In this document: piece by piece, positions 21,738 to 31,081 of the stretch
How positions within the stretch are numbered: the stretch's first letter is position 1
How the letters are laid out: every line of letters starts with the position of its first letter
NCBI GenBank assembly: GCA_009839925.1
Contig: VXOS01000053.1
Span: forward strand, 2,447 to 66,446
Length of the DNA: 64,000 nucleotides
Direction of reading: 5' to 3'
DNA from: Chloroflexota bacterium
Lineage (GTDB): Bacteria > Chloroflexota > Dehalococcoidia > UBA2979
Notes under the pieces: model-generated
The model's input: only the letters and a program-made list of their open reading frames with translations
Databases searched by the model: none
What the model was told of the DNA's origin: nothing
Program-made: the position numbers and the translations under genes

Positions 21738-22778
21738 TTATAGCCCTCTGGCCTGGAGTTTGCCCCGCCGGATCAGCTCCTCGGCAATCTGGAGGGCGTT
21801 CGTGGCCGCGCCCTTGCGCAGGTTGTCCGTCACGCACCAGAAGGCGACGCCGTGCTCGACCGAGCTGTCGGCGCGCAACCGCCCGACGAAGGTGCGGTCG
21901 TCGCCCTCGCTGATCAGCGGCGTCGGGTAGACTGCCTCGGCCGGATCGTCGAGCAGCTCGAGGCCGTCCTGCGCCTCGATCGCCTCGCGCAGCGCGTCGA
22001 GCGGCGCGGGGCCGTCGAATTCGGCGTGGACCGCCTCGGCGTGCCCGACCATCGTCGGCACGCGCACGCAGGTGGAGGAGAAGGCCAGCTCCGGCAGGTG
22101 GAGGATCTTGCGCGTCTCGTTGCGCATCTTCGCTTCCTCGCGGGTGTAGCCGTCCTCCTCGAAGTCATCGACGTGCGGCAGCACGTTGAGGGCGATCTGG
22201 TGCGGGTACTCCTGCGGCGCGGGCAGCGGGCCGCCGCGCCCGTAAGCGCGCAGCTGCAGCGCCAGCTCTTCGACGGCGGCGGTGCCACTGCCGGAGACGG
22301 CCTGGTACGTAGCGGCGGTGACGCGCTTCAGCGGCGCGACCTCGCGCAGCGCGTGCAGCGCCATGGCGAGCGGGGTGGTGGTGCAATTGGGGATCGAGAT
22401 AATGCCCTCGTGCCACTCGACGTCGTCGCCGTTGACCTCGGGAATCACGAGCGGGACGTTCGGCTCCATGCGGAAGGCCGAACCGTCGTCGATCAGCACC
22501 CCGCCCGCCTCGGCGATCCGCGGCCCCCAGTGCCGCGAGGCCGCGGCGGTCGCCGAGCAGAAGACAAGGTCCGCGCCCTCGAGCGTGTCTTCGCCCGTCA
22601 CCTCGACGGTGATCATCTCGTCGCGGAAGCGCAGCTCGCGGCCGGCCGAGCGCTCGGTCGCGAGCAGCCGCAGCCTCCCGATCGGGAAGTCCCGCTCGGC
22701 GGCCACCTCGAGGAACACGGCCCCGACCGCGCCCGTCGCGCCGATGACGGCGACATCGAGTCCAGCGCTGCTACTCAT
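21738..22778 (-). CDS. asd: Aspartate-semialdehyde dehydrogenase
   Basis: VAVIGATGAVG Rossmann motif and the active-site IPNCTTTPL motif. Confidence 0.9.
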   Translation of the reverse strand: MSSSAGLDVAVIGATGAVGAVFLEVAAERDFPIGRLRLLATERSAGRELRFRDEMITVEVTGEDTLEGADLVFCSATAAASRHWGPRIAEAGGVLIDDGSAFRMEPNVPLVIPEVNGDDVEWHEGIISIPNCTTTPLAMALHALREVAPLKRVTAATYQAVSGSGTAAVEELALQLRAYGRGGPLPAPQEYPHQIALNVLPHVDDFEEDGYTREEAKMRNETRKILHLPELAFSSTCVRVPTMVGHAEAVHAEFDGPAPLDALREAIEAQDGLELLDDPAEAVYPTPLISEGDDRTFVGRLRADSSVEHGVAFWCVTDNLRKGAATNALQIAEELIRRGKLQARGL

Positions 22779-22818
22779 GGCTCGATCATATCGCGTGGCG
22801 TGCGGGGTGCGCGACGCC

Positions 22819-23610
22819 CTACGCCAGTCCGATCAGCGCGTCGAGGCCGTAGACGAGGCTCTCGCGCTGCATTACCTCGCGGACGGCGAGCAGCACGCCG
22901 GGCATGAAGGAGTCGCGGCCCGTTGAGTCGTGGCGCAGGGTCAGCGTCTGGCCCGCGCCGCCGAAGATCACCTCCTGGTGCGCCACCAGCCCCGGCAGCC
23001 GCACCGAGTGCAGCGCCACACCACCCAGTTCGGCGCCTCGCGCGCCCTCGACCGCCTCGAGCTCCGAGCTCCGGTGCATAAAGTCGCTGCCGCGCGCCTC
23101 GCGCATCAGCTGCGCCGTGGCGACGGCCGTGCCGGAGGGCGAATCGACCTTGCCGTCGTGGTGCAGCTCGATCACCTCCACAGCGTCGAAGTGCGGCGCG
23201 GCGAGCGTCGCGAGGTGCATCAGCACCACCGCGCCGAGGGCGAAGTTGGGCGCGACCACGCCGCCGAGGCCGTGCTCCGCGAGGCGCTCGCGCAGCGTCG
23301 CGACGAACTCGTCCGGCTGGCCCGAGGTGCCGATCACCGGACGCACGCCGTGCGCGAGGCAGGCCTCGGCGAGCGTCGGCGTGAACGCCGCGTTCGTGAA
23401 GTCGACCACCGCGTCCGGGCTCAGCTCTCCGAGTAGCGCCCCGGGGTCCGGGGACAGCGGGTAGGTCGCCCCGCTCGCCGCCTCGATCTCGCCCGCTTCA
23501 CCTGCGAGCGGCTCGACGATGCCGACCGGCTCGATGTCCTCGGCCGCCTCGAGCGTGGCGAGGACCTGCGCGCCCATGTTGCCGCTTCCGCTGACCACTG
23601 CCCGGATCAT
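22819..23610 (-). CDS. dapB: 4-hydroxy-tetrahydrodipicolinate reductase
   Basis: MIRAVVSGSGNMG start preceded by GGGGG, and a DapB C-terminal domain. The ORF-track start at 23676 adds 22 aa of non-conserved sequence. Confidence 0.85.
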   Translation of the reverse strand: MIRAVVSGSGNMGAQVLATLEAAEDIEPVGIVEPLAGEAGEIEAASGATYPLSPDPGALLGELSPDAVVDFTNAAFTPTLAEACLAHGVRPVIGTSGQPDEFVATLRERLAEHGLGGVVAPNFALGAVVLMHLATLAAPHFDAVEVIELHHDGKVDSPSGTAVATAQLMREARGSDFMHRSSELEAVEGARGAELGGVALHSVRLPGLVAHQEVIFGGAGQTLTLRHDSTGRDSFMPGVLLAVREVMQRESLVYGLDALIGLA

Positions 23611-23705
23611 CGCCTGCCCCCTGTCCGCGCCGCGCGCCCGCAACGACTGCGCCCCGCCTGTCGGGGCGGGGCGCAAGTGTAGCGACTCAGTTCTGGGCCT
23701 CGCGG

Positions 23706-24050
23706 CTACCAGCGGCGACCGCCGCCTCCGCCTCCACCGCGGCTACCGCCGTCGCGGCCTCCGCCACCTCGGCCTCCGCCGCCACCGTCGCGACCTCGAC
23801 CGCCGCCCGAGCCGCCGCGGCCTCCGCCGTCGCGACCACGGCCGCCGCCGCCACGGCCTCCACGACCGCCGCGACCCTCGCCGCCGCGGTTGCCACCACG
23901 GCCTCCGCCGTCGCGACCACGGCCGCCGCCCGGGCCGCCGCGGCCTCCGCCGCCGCCACCACCACGGCCGCGACCGCCGGCGAAGGCGGGCTCGCGCTCC
24001 GGCTCGTCGGCGCCGTCGGCGAGGCCGACGCGCTCGCTGCCGTCCTCACC
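23706..24050. repeat. Periodic GC-rich coding repeats (ggcctccgccgtcgcgaccacggccgccgcc recurs) encoding the PNPase GR-rich tail
   Basis: A repeated 31-nt block at about 23818 and about 23900, plus shorter ccgccgcc periodicities. These are coding on the minus strand, not a CRISPR array. Confidence 0.6.
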
Positions 24051-26138
24051 TTCGCGAAGGCGGGCGAGGTTGATGCGCCCGAGGTTGTCGATCTCGATCA
24101 CCTGGACGCGCAGCACGTCGCCCTCGGAGACCTCGTCCTCGACACGGTTGACGTGGTAGTCGGCCAGGTCGGAGATGTGCACCAGGCCGTCCTTGCCCGG
24201 GAGGATCTCGACGAACGCGCCGAAGGCCATGATCCGGCTGACGGGGCCCTCGTAGACCTCGCCGACCTCGATCTCCTTGGTCAGCCCGCGGATGGTGTCG
24301 ATCGCCTTGCGGACGCCCTCGGCGTCGGTGCCGGCGACGAGCACGGTGCCGTCGTCCTCGACGGTGATGTTCGATCCGGTCTCTTCCTGGATGGCGTTGA
24401 TGACGCGGCCGCCCGGGCCGATCACCGTGCCGATCTTCTCGCGGTCGATCTCGATCCGCTCGACGCGCGGGGCGTACGGAGACATCTCCTCGCGCGGCTC
24501 CGCGATCGCGTCGAGCATCACCTCGAGGATCGTCATGCGCGCCTCGCGCGCACGCTCGAAGACCGTCTCGAGCAGTCCGTCCGGCAGCGACTGCAGCTTG
24601 ATGTCGAGCTGCAGCGCGGTCACGCCGCGCTCCGTGCCGGCGACCTTGAAGTCCATGTCGCCGAGGCCGTCCTCGATGCCCGCGATGTCCGTGAGCAACC
24701 GGTACTCATCGCCGTCGCCGGTGATCAGCCCCATCGCGATGCCGGCGACGGGCGCCGTGATCGGCACTCCCGCGTCCATCAGCGCCAGGGTCGAGCCGCA
24801 GACCGACCCCATCGAGGTCGAGCCGTTGGACATCAGCGCGTCGGAGACGACACGCAGCGCGTAGGGGAACTCCTCGCTGTCCGGGAGCACCGGCTCCAGC
24901 GCCCGCTCGGCGAGCAGGCCGTGGCCGATCTCGCGGCGGCCGGGGCCGCGCAGGAAGCGCGCCTCGCCGACCGAGTACGGCGGGAAGTTGTAGTGGTGCA
25001 TGTAGCGCTTGAACTGCGTCGGCGCGAGCGTGTCGAGGCGCTGGCGGTCGCCGAGCGGGCCGAGCGTGGCGACCGAGAGGATCTGCGTCCCGCCGCGGCG
25101 GAACAGCCCGCTGCCATGCGCACGCGGCAGCAGTCCCACCGAGGAGTGGAGGCCACGCACCTGCTCGATCTCGCGATCGTCGGGGCGCAGTCCGTCATCG
25201 AGGATGCGCCGCCGCACCAGCTTCTTGATCTCGCCTTCGACGGCGTTGCGCACGGTGCGCGCGTTGAGCTCGTCGTCGCCGATCGCCGCGTAGACCTCCT
25301 TGCCGAGCGCGTCGACACCGCGCCAGCCCTCACCCTGTACGGCGGCCAGCATCTCGGCGTCGCGGCCGACGAGCGCCTCGGCGACGCGCTCCTCCAGATC
25401 CGTGTCCGGGGCGGGAGGCTCGAACGCGGCCTTCTCCTGGCCGAGCGCCTCGGAGATCTCGCGCTGCAGCGCGTTGAGCTTCGCGATCACTCCCTGGGCG
25501 TACTCGATCGCCTCGATCACCTCGGCCTCGGGCACCTCGCTGGCGCCCGCCTCGATCATCACGATCGAGTCCTCGGTGCCGGCGACGATCAGGTCGAGGT
25601 CGGACGCCTCGATCTCCTCGTAGGTGGGCAGTGCCTTGAACTCGCCCTCGACGCGCGCGACGCGCACCGAGGAGACCGGGCCCTCGAACGGGATGCTGGA
25701 GAGGCCCAGCACCGTCGAAGCGGCTGTCGTGCCGAAGACGTCGGCCGGGTTCTCGCGGTCGGCCGAGAGCGTGGTGAGCACCACCTGGATCTCGCGGCGG
25801 AAGCCCTTGGGGAAGAGCGGGCGGATCGGGCGGTCGGTCATCCGCGCGGCGAGGATCGCCTCGTTGCCGGGCCGCCCCTCGCGACGGAAGAACGAGCCGG
25901 GAATCTTCCCGATCGCGTACATCCGCTCCTCGAAGTCGATGGTCAGCGGGAAGAAGTCGATGCCCTCGCGCGCATCGTCCTCGGCGACCGTCGCGAGGAT
26001 CATGGTGTCGCCGTAGCGCACGGTGCAGGCGGCGGCGGCGTTGAGGGCCAGCAGCCCCACGCCGACGGTGAAGGGCTTGCCCTCGATCTCCGTGCTGAAG
26101 GTTCGCTCTTCGGTCTCAAGTCGCTGAGCGTTGGTCAT
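23706..26138 (-). CDS. pnp: Polynucleotide phosphorylase (PNPase) with a ~110-aa Gly/Arg-rich (RGG-box-like) C-terminal tail
   Basis: Two RNase PH domains, then KH and S1 domains (GEVYEGPVSRIMAFGAFVEI). After S1 comes [34 protein letters not shown]...GGGRRW. Start MTNAQRLE is preceded by GAGGAAGG. Confidence 0.9.
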   Translation of the reverse strand: MTNAQRLETEERTFSTEIEGKPFTVGVGLLALNAAAACTVRYGDTMILATVAEDDAREGIDFFPLTIDFEERMYAIGKIPGSFFRREGRPGNEAILAARMTDRPIRPLFPKGFRREIQVVLTTLSADRENPADVFGTTAASTVLGLSSIPFEGPVSSVRVARVEGEFKALPTYEEIEASDLDLIVAGTEDSIVMIEAGASEVPEAEVIEAIEYAQGVIAKLNALQREISEALGQEKAAFEPPAPDTDLEERVAEALVGRDAEMLAAVQGEGWRGVDALGKEVYAAIGDDELNARTVRNAVEGEIKKLVRRRILDDGLRPDDREIEQVRGLHSSVGLLPRAHGSGLFRRGGTQILSVATLGPLGDRQRLDTLAPTQFKRYMHHYNFPPYSVGEARFLRGPGRREIGHGLLAERALEPVLPDSEEFPYALRVVSDALMSNGSTSMGSVCGSTLALMDAGVPITAPVAGIAMGLITGDGDEYRLLTDIAGIEDGLGDMDFKVAGTERGVTALQLDIKLQSLPDGLLETVFERAREARMTILEVMLDAIAEPREEMSPYAPRVERIEIDREKIGTVIGPGGRVINAIQEETGSNITVEDDGTVLVAGTDAEGVRKAIDTIRGLTKEIEVGEVYEGPVSRIMAFGAFVEILPGKDGLVHISDLADYHVNRVEDEVSEGDVLRVQVIEIDNLGRINLARLREGEDGSERVGLADGADEPEREPAFAGGRGRGGGGGGGRGGPGGGRGRDGGGRGGNRGGEGRGGRGGRGGGGRGRDGGGRGGSGGGRGRDGGGGGRGGGGRDGGSRGGGGGGGRRW

Positions 26139-26229
26139 GCTCGCCTTCCTCGGGTGCGCGCGCATGTGGCCGCCCCGCTCTGTCGTAGCTGCTGGTAACT
26201 GGATGTGGTGATGCGGTCTCGCTCCCTAC

Positions 26230-26252
26230 TCCCGACGCGCGCGCACGGCGCG
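26230..26252 (-). terminator. Perfect 9-bp stem hairpin (gacgcgcgc-N5-gcgcgcgtc) between rpsO and pnp; rpsO terminator / pnp leader processing hairpin candidate
   Basis: Read directly. It lies in the 139-nt rpsO-pnp intergenic region, where RNase III-processed hairpins are classically found. No U-tract follows, which is common in high-GC genomes. Confidence 0.4.
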
Positions 26253-26304
26253 CGTCTTGCGTGCAATCAGTTGCGCCGGGAGGGGGAAGGGGCGGCAGGG
26301 TGCG

Positions 26305-26571
26305 CTAGCGGCGCAGCCCCAGCCTGCCAATGAGCGTGCGGTAACGCCCCACGTCCTTCTTGCTGAGGTAGCGGAGCTGACGGCGGCGCTGGCCAACGAG
26401 CTTCAGCAGGCCGCGCCGCGTGTCGTAGTCGTGCGTATGCGTGCGGAGGTGTTCCGTCAGATGGTTGATGCGATCGGTGAGTAGCGCGACCTGCACCTCG
26501 GGGGAGCCGGTGTCTCCCTCGTGTGTCTGGTACTCGGCAATGAGGTCGCGCTTGCGCTCCACGGAGGTCAT
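26305..26571 (-). CDS. rpsO: 30S ribosomal protein S15
   Basis: [69 protein letters not shown] is near-consensus S15. The upstream extension in the ORF track is not supported. Confidence 0.9.
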   Translation of the reverse strand: MTSVERKRDLIAEYQTHEGDTGSPEVQVALLTDRINHLTEHLRTHTHDYDTRRGLLKLVGQRRRQLRYLSKKDVGRYRTLIGRLGLRR

Positions 26572-26791
26572 GCGTTGGTTCTGGTCTGTCCTTGTTCTGC
26601 TGCTATGTCCACCACGCCTGCACACACGCTCCGGTCTTCCCCGACCGGGCGATGAGCCGCTCGCTCCCTCCGGCGCCTGCCGTCGGGTCGGGCGCATCCT
26701 CGCGCCCGCGGCTCCGCAAACACGCTACCACGCAGTTTCCGCGAGGGGCAATGCTGCAGCGCACGGCGCCGCGGCGCGGTCGCCGCGACTC

Positions 26792-27652
26792 CTACGCCCC
26801 CGACCTGAGCCCTCGGGTCGGGCGCTGTGCGGGTCGCGGCAACGACGGCCGGGATGGGACCATCCCGGCCCACTTCCCCAGCCAATAGCGGATCACCGGG
26901 TAGCCACCCCGATGCAGCGCCAGCGTCAGCCCCAGCGCCACGCCGCACACGACCAACCCCGCGAGGCCGTCGAAGATGTAGTGGTTGCCCGTCCCCACGA
27001 CGGCGATCGATTGCAGCACGAAGGTGACGATCGAGGCCGCGCGCAGCCACGGGTTGCGCGTCGCCGCGAACACCCCGACGGCAAGCAGCAGTGCCCAGCC
27101 GACGTGCAGCGACGGCACCGCCGCGAAGGGATTCACGAACGGCTGCAGCGACTGCGCCTGGTAGGAGAGGTTGTCGTAGACCGCGAGCGTGTCGATGAAG
27201 CCCCATTCGCTCAGGAAGCGCGGCGGCGCGACCGGGTAGAGCCAGTAGATCACGAGGCCGATCCCGCCCGAGATCAGGATCGAGTCGCGCGTCAGCGTGT
27301 AGGCGCTGCGGCGCTTCCAGAACATCACCAGCGCCACTCCGACGATCAGCGGGAAGTCCATCCAGAAGTAGACGAAGTTCAACGCGCGCCGCAGCAGCTC
27401 GTACTCCAGCACCCAGGCCTGGAACGCCGGCTCGACGAACAGTCCGTACGAGTACTGCAGGTTCACGATCCAGTGCGCGTTCGCGAAGGCGTCGGCCGTG
27501 CGATCCACCACCGCGCCGCGCACGAGGAAGTAGAGCAGGAACCCGAGCGCGACGAGCCCCAGCTCCGAGGCGTCCCACCAGCTCAGGCCCTTGCGCCTCG
27601 GATCGGTCGAGAGGAAGAGATAGCGCGCAAGGCGCGCTCGCAATGCGTTCAT
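26792..27652 (-). CDS. PAP2-superfamily integral membrane protein (inositol-phosphorylceramide-synthase-like PAP2_C)
   Basis: Start MNALRARL, six TM helices, and a C-terminal PAP2 motif region (PSLHVGWALL...GNHYIFDG). Confidence 0.55.
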   Translation of the reverse strand: MNALRARLARYLFLSTDPRRKGLSWWDASELGLVALGFLLYFLVRGAVVDRTADAFANAHWIVNLQYSYGLFVEPAFQAWVLEYELLRRALNFVYFWMDFPLIVGVALVMFWKRRSAYTLTRDSILISGGIGLVIYWLYPVAPPRFLSEWGFIDTLAVYDNLSYQAQSLQPFVNPFAAVPSLHVGWALLLAVGVFAATRNPWLRAASIVTFVLQSIAVVGTGNHYIFDGLAGLVVCGVALGLTLALHRGGYPVIRYWLGKWAGMVPSRPSLPRPAQRPTRGLRSGA

Positions 27653-27782
27653 CGCGATGCCCTCGTACCTGTGTCCCCGCTGGCCCGGCCGCCTGCCCGC
27701 ATGCCGCGCCGTGCAGCAATGATAGCGTACGATCACACGCGTTCGTACTCGCATATCCCAAGGCTGCGAAAGGAGCCCCCCG

Positions 27783-29285
27783 GTGGAGATCAACGTCACA
27801 AGCGGTGACCTGGCGGACCAGCACGTCGACACGATCGTCGTCGCGTTGCCCGAGGAAACGCGCCGCCTCGGCGGCGCGGTGGGCGCGCTCGACCAGGCGC
27901 TCGACGGCGCGATCAGCGCGCTGCTGCGCTCCGGCGTGGCGCCGGGGCGCGCGAACGAGGCCACGCCGATCGCCACCGGCGGCCGCATCCCCGCCGCCCG
28001 CGTCGTGGTGCAGGGCCTGGGCAAGCGCGCGCAGCTGAGCCCCGACCGGCTGCGCAACCAGACCGCCGGCCTGGCGCGCGCCCTGCGCAGCCTGGACGCC
28101 GGCAGCGTCGCAATCTCCACGCAGAACAGCGCCCGCGCCACGAGCGACGCCGAGGAAGCCGGACGCATCCTCGCGGAGGCCTTCGAGCTCGGCCTCTACC
28201 GCTTCGATCAGCACCGCACCCGCGCGCAGGACAAGCCCCGCGGGTCGGTCACGGCCCTGACCATCGTGGAGACCTCGGCGCGCCGCGCTCGCGCGGCGGC
28301 GCAGGGCGCCGAGCGGGGCGCAATCCTCGCCGAGGCGCAGAACTTCACGCGCGACCTCGCCAACGCGCCCGCCAACCTGATGACGCCGAGCGACGTCGCC
28401 GAGCGCGCCCAGGCGCGAGCCGACGAGGTGGGCCTCGAATGCGAGGTGATCGAGCGTGCCGCGGCCGAGCGGATGGGCATGAACTCCTACCTCTCGGTGG
28501 CGCAGGGCTCGCAGCAGCCCCCAAAGTTCATCGTGCTGCGCTACCGCGGCGGTCGCGGCCGCCGCAGCGTCGGGCTCGTTGGCAAGGGCATCACGTTCGA
28601 CACGGGCGGCATCTCGCTCAAGCCGCCGGCGAACATGGAGCGGATGAAGGGCGACATGAGCGGCGCGGCCGCGGTGATCGGCGCCATCGGCGCCATCGCC
28701 CGCCTCGAGCCCGCCGTCAACGTGACCGCGCTCGCGCCCTGCACCGAGAACATGCCGAGCGGGACGGCGACCAAGCCCGGCGACGTCTTCTACGCGATGG
28801 ACGGACAGTCGATCGAGGTGATCAACACCGACGCCGAGGGCCGCCTCGTGCTCGCCGACGCGCTCGCCTACGCGAAGTCGCAGGGCTGCACGCCGCTCGT
28901 CGACGTGGCGACGCTGACCGGGGCGATGGCGATCGCGCTCGGCAACGTGCGGGTTGGCGTCTTCGCCAACAACGACCGGCTCTACGCCGACCTCGAGCGC
29001 GCCGCGGCGGCCTCGGGCGAGCGGCTCTGGCGCTTCCCGCTCGACGACGAGTACGACGAGCAGATCCGCTCGGACGTGGCCGACATCAAGAACACCGGCG
29101 GCCGCGGCGCCGGCTCAATCACCGCCGCGAAGTTCCTGCATCGCTTCGCCGGCGACACTCCCTGGGCGCACTTCGACATCGCCGGAGTGATGGACGCGGA
29201 CCGCGACCGCGGGGTGCTGGTCAAGGGCAACGCCGGCGCCGCGACGCGCACGCTCGTGCACTACGTCCTCAACCGCGCGCGCTAA
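27783..29285 (+). CDS. pepA: Leucyl aminopeptidase (M17 family)
   Basis: NTDAEGRLVLADAL and the preceding Lys/Asp metal-ligand motifs (VGKGITFDTGGISLKP). Confidence 0.85.
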   Translation: MEINVTSGDLADQHVDTIVVALPEETRRLGGAVGALDQALDGAISALLRSGVAPGRANEATPIATGGRIPAARVVVQGLGKRAQLSPDRLRNQTAGLARALRSLDAGSVAISTQNSARATSDAEEAGRILAEAFELGLYRFDQHRTRAQDKPRGSVTALTIVETSARRARAAAQGAERGAILAEAQNFTRDLANAPANLMTPSDVAERAQARADEVGLECEVIERAAAERMGMNSYLSVAQGSQQPPKFIVLRYRGGRGRRSVGLVGKGITFDTGGISLKPPANMERMKGDMSGAAAVIGAIGAIARLEPAVNVTALAPCTENMPSGTATKPGDVFYAMDGQSIEVINTDAEGRLVLADALAYAKSQGCTPLVDVATLTGAMAIALGNVRVGVFANNDRLYADLERAAAASGERLWRFPLDDEYDEQIRSDVADIKNTGGRGAGSITAAKFLHRFAGDTPWAHFDIAGVMDADRDRGVLVKGNAGAATRTLVHYVLNRAR

Positions 29286-29328
29286 GGCGCGGCACGGGCA
29301 CGCGGCCGGGCGGAGCTGCGAGGAGAGG

Positions 29329-30678
29329 CTAGGCGACCTCGCGGGCGCGCTCGACCAGCTCGCGCAACGTCGCGATGTCACGCTTCGTCTCGGGGTCGAC
29401 CTGGACGGAGCGCTCCATCTTGCTCCAGCCGTGGTGGACCGTGGAGTGGTCGCGGCCCCCGAGGGTCTGCCCGATCTCCGCGAGCGAGCGGTGCGCAAGT
29501 TCGCGCATCAGGTACATCGCGAGCTGGCGCGGGTAGGCGACGCGCTTCTCGCGGCTCTTGGACAGCAGCGCCTCGCGGTCGATCTCGAAGTAGCGGCAAA
29601 CCACGTCCAGGATCGCCTCCGGCGAGGGCGGTAGCCGCGGCTCCGTCGGGTCAAGCGAGGCGAGCGCGGACTGCACGAGCGCAGGCTCGATCGGCTCGCC
29701 GGTGAGGCGCGCGTAGGCGACGACGCGTGTCAGGGAGCCCTCGAGCTCGCGGATGTTGCTGGTGAAGCGCCGTGCGATCACGTGCAGCGCGTCGTCGTTC
29801 ACCCGCACGCGCTGCTCCTCCGCCTTTGAGCGCAGGATGGCGACGCGCGTCTCGAGGTCGGGCGCCTGGATGTCGGCGATCATCCCCCACTCGAAGCGCG
29901 ACTTCAGCCGCTCCTCGAGGTCGGGAATCAGGACCGGGCTCTTGTCCGAGGTGATGACGATCTGGCGTTCCGCCTCGTAGAGGCTGTTGAACGTGTGGAA
30001 CAGCTCCTCCTGCGTCGCCTCCTTGCCGCCGACGAACTGAATGTCGTCGATCAGCAGCGCATCGGCGGAGCGGTAGCGCGCACGGAACTCCTCCTGCGTG
30101 CGCTGCTGGATGGCGGTCACGAGGTCGTTCGTGAACTGCTCCGCGGAGATGTACGTGATCTGTCGGCCGGCGCGGACCAGGCGGTGCCCGATGCCCTGCA
30201 GGAGGTGCGTCTTGCCGAGGCCGACCGCGCCGTAGAGGAACAGCGGGTTGTGCAGCGTGCCGGGAGAGTCCGCGACGCCCTCGGCGGCGGCGAACGCGAG
30301 GTGGTTCCCGGGCCCGACGATGAACGTGTCGAAGACGTAGCGGGTGTGCAGCCGTGGACGCGGGTAGACGGGCCCGGCAGGCTCGGCCGCGCCACCGCGC
30401 TGCAGCAACGGGGAATCGTCCGCCGGGGCGCGCAACGGCTCGAAGGCGACCTCCATGGGCCGATCGGCGATGTCGGTGAGCGTGCGAACCATCAGCGGCC
30501 GGAGGCGCTGTTGCAGCCACTCGGTGACGAATTCCGAGCGCGTGCCGATGATCAGCGTGGAGCCGTCGACGCGTACGCCCTCGGTGTCCGCTAGCCAGGT
30601 TTGATAGTTCGCTTCGGAAACATGCTGCCGGAGGTAGCGCAGTGCGGACTGCCAAAGCTGCGCCGGGTCTTGTTGCAC
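29329..30678 (-). CDS. dnaA: Chromosomal replication initiator protein DnaA
   Basis: Domain I (LWQSALRYL...), AAA+ Walker [16 protein letters not shown], and the domain IV HTH ([34 protein letters not shown]). Preferred start is GTG (complement of 30676-30678) with GGAGG 9 nt upstream; the alternative ATG is at 30741. Confidence 0.9.
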   Translation of the reverse strand: MQQDPAQLWQSALRYLRQHVSEANYQTWLADTEGVRVDGSTLIIGTRSEFVTEWLQQRLRPLMVRTLTDIADRPMEVAFEPLRAPADDSPLLQRGGAAEPAGPVYPRPRLHTRYVFDTFIVGPGNHLAFAAAEGVADSPGTLHNPLFLYGAVGLGKTHLLQGIGHRLVRAGRQITYISAEQFTNDLVTAIQQRTQEEFRARYRSADALLIDDIQFVGGKEATQEELFHTFNSLYEAERQIVITSDKSPVLIPDLEERLKSRFEWGMIADIQAPDLETRVAILRSKAEEQRVRVNDDALHVIARRFTSNIRELEGSLTRVVAYARLTGEPIEPALVQSALASLDPTEPRLPPSPEAILDVVCRYFEIDREALLSKSREKRVAYPRQLAMYLMRELAHRSLAEIGQTLGGRDHSTVHHGWSKMERSVQVDPETKRDIATLRELVERAREVA

Positions 30679-30741
30679 CCTCGTGGCCCTCCGGCGCTCC
30701 AGCGACAGCCCGGCGCAGCCCTGCGCGCCAGGTGATCGCAC

Positions 30742-31081
30742 CCCGTGCGGATGTCAACGAGCAATGCACACGTGTTGGCAAACACGCGGACGCGACCTGA
30801 TGCCCCGCCGTGTCTATCCAGGGCCAGCCACACCCTCGCCCCCGCGATTCCAGCTCCGGGGGTGACCCTTACGTGATTTCAATGCCCTTGGCAGACGGGA
30901 GGCTAGCGAACCGACAGGCTCCGCGACAAGCCTGTTATGTGAGTACCGCGCCGCTTTCCCCAGCACTCGCCGCTCTGCAGCCTGATGTTGGGATGAACTG
31001 TGTATAATCCGCGCTCTCGGAACACCCCTTGCCAGCCCGGCAGCACACGCCGATCGCGATCGCCCACCGCACCCGCCTCAC
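30742..31081. promoter_or_regulatory. dnaA upstream intergenic region; candidate oriC / dnaA promoter region
   Basis: A 340-bp non-coding region at the point where coding-strand bias flips (minus-strand genes to the left, plus-strand to the right). It contains the palindrome cgtgtt-ggca-aacacg (30765-30782), a near-consensus DnaA box TGTGtATAA (revcomp TTATaCACA) near 30997-31005, and locally AT-richer stretches. Confidence 0.3.

Noticed and set aside
23706-24050. Regularly spaced GC-rich repeats that could be mistaken for a CRISPR-like array
   Set aside because: The repeats are in frame within pnp and encode the GR-rich tail. There are no spacer-like unique segments and no cas genes.
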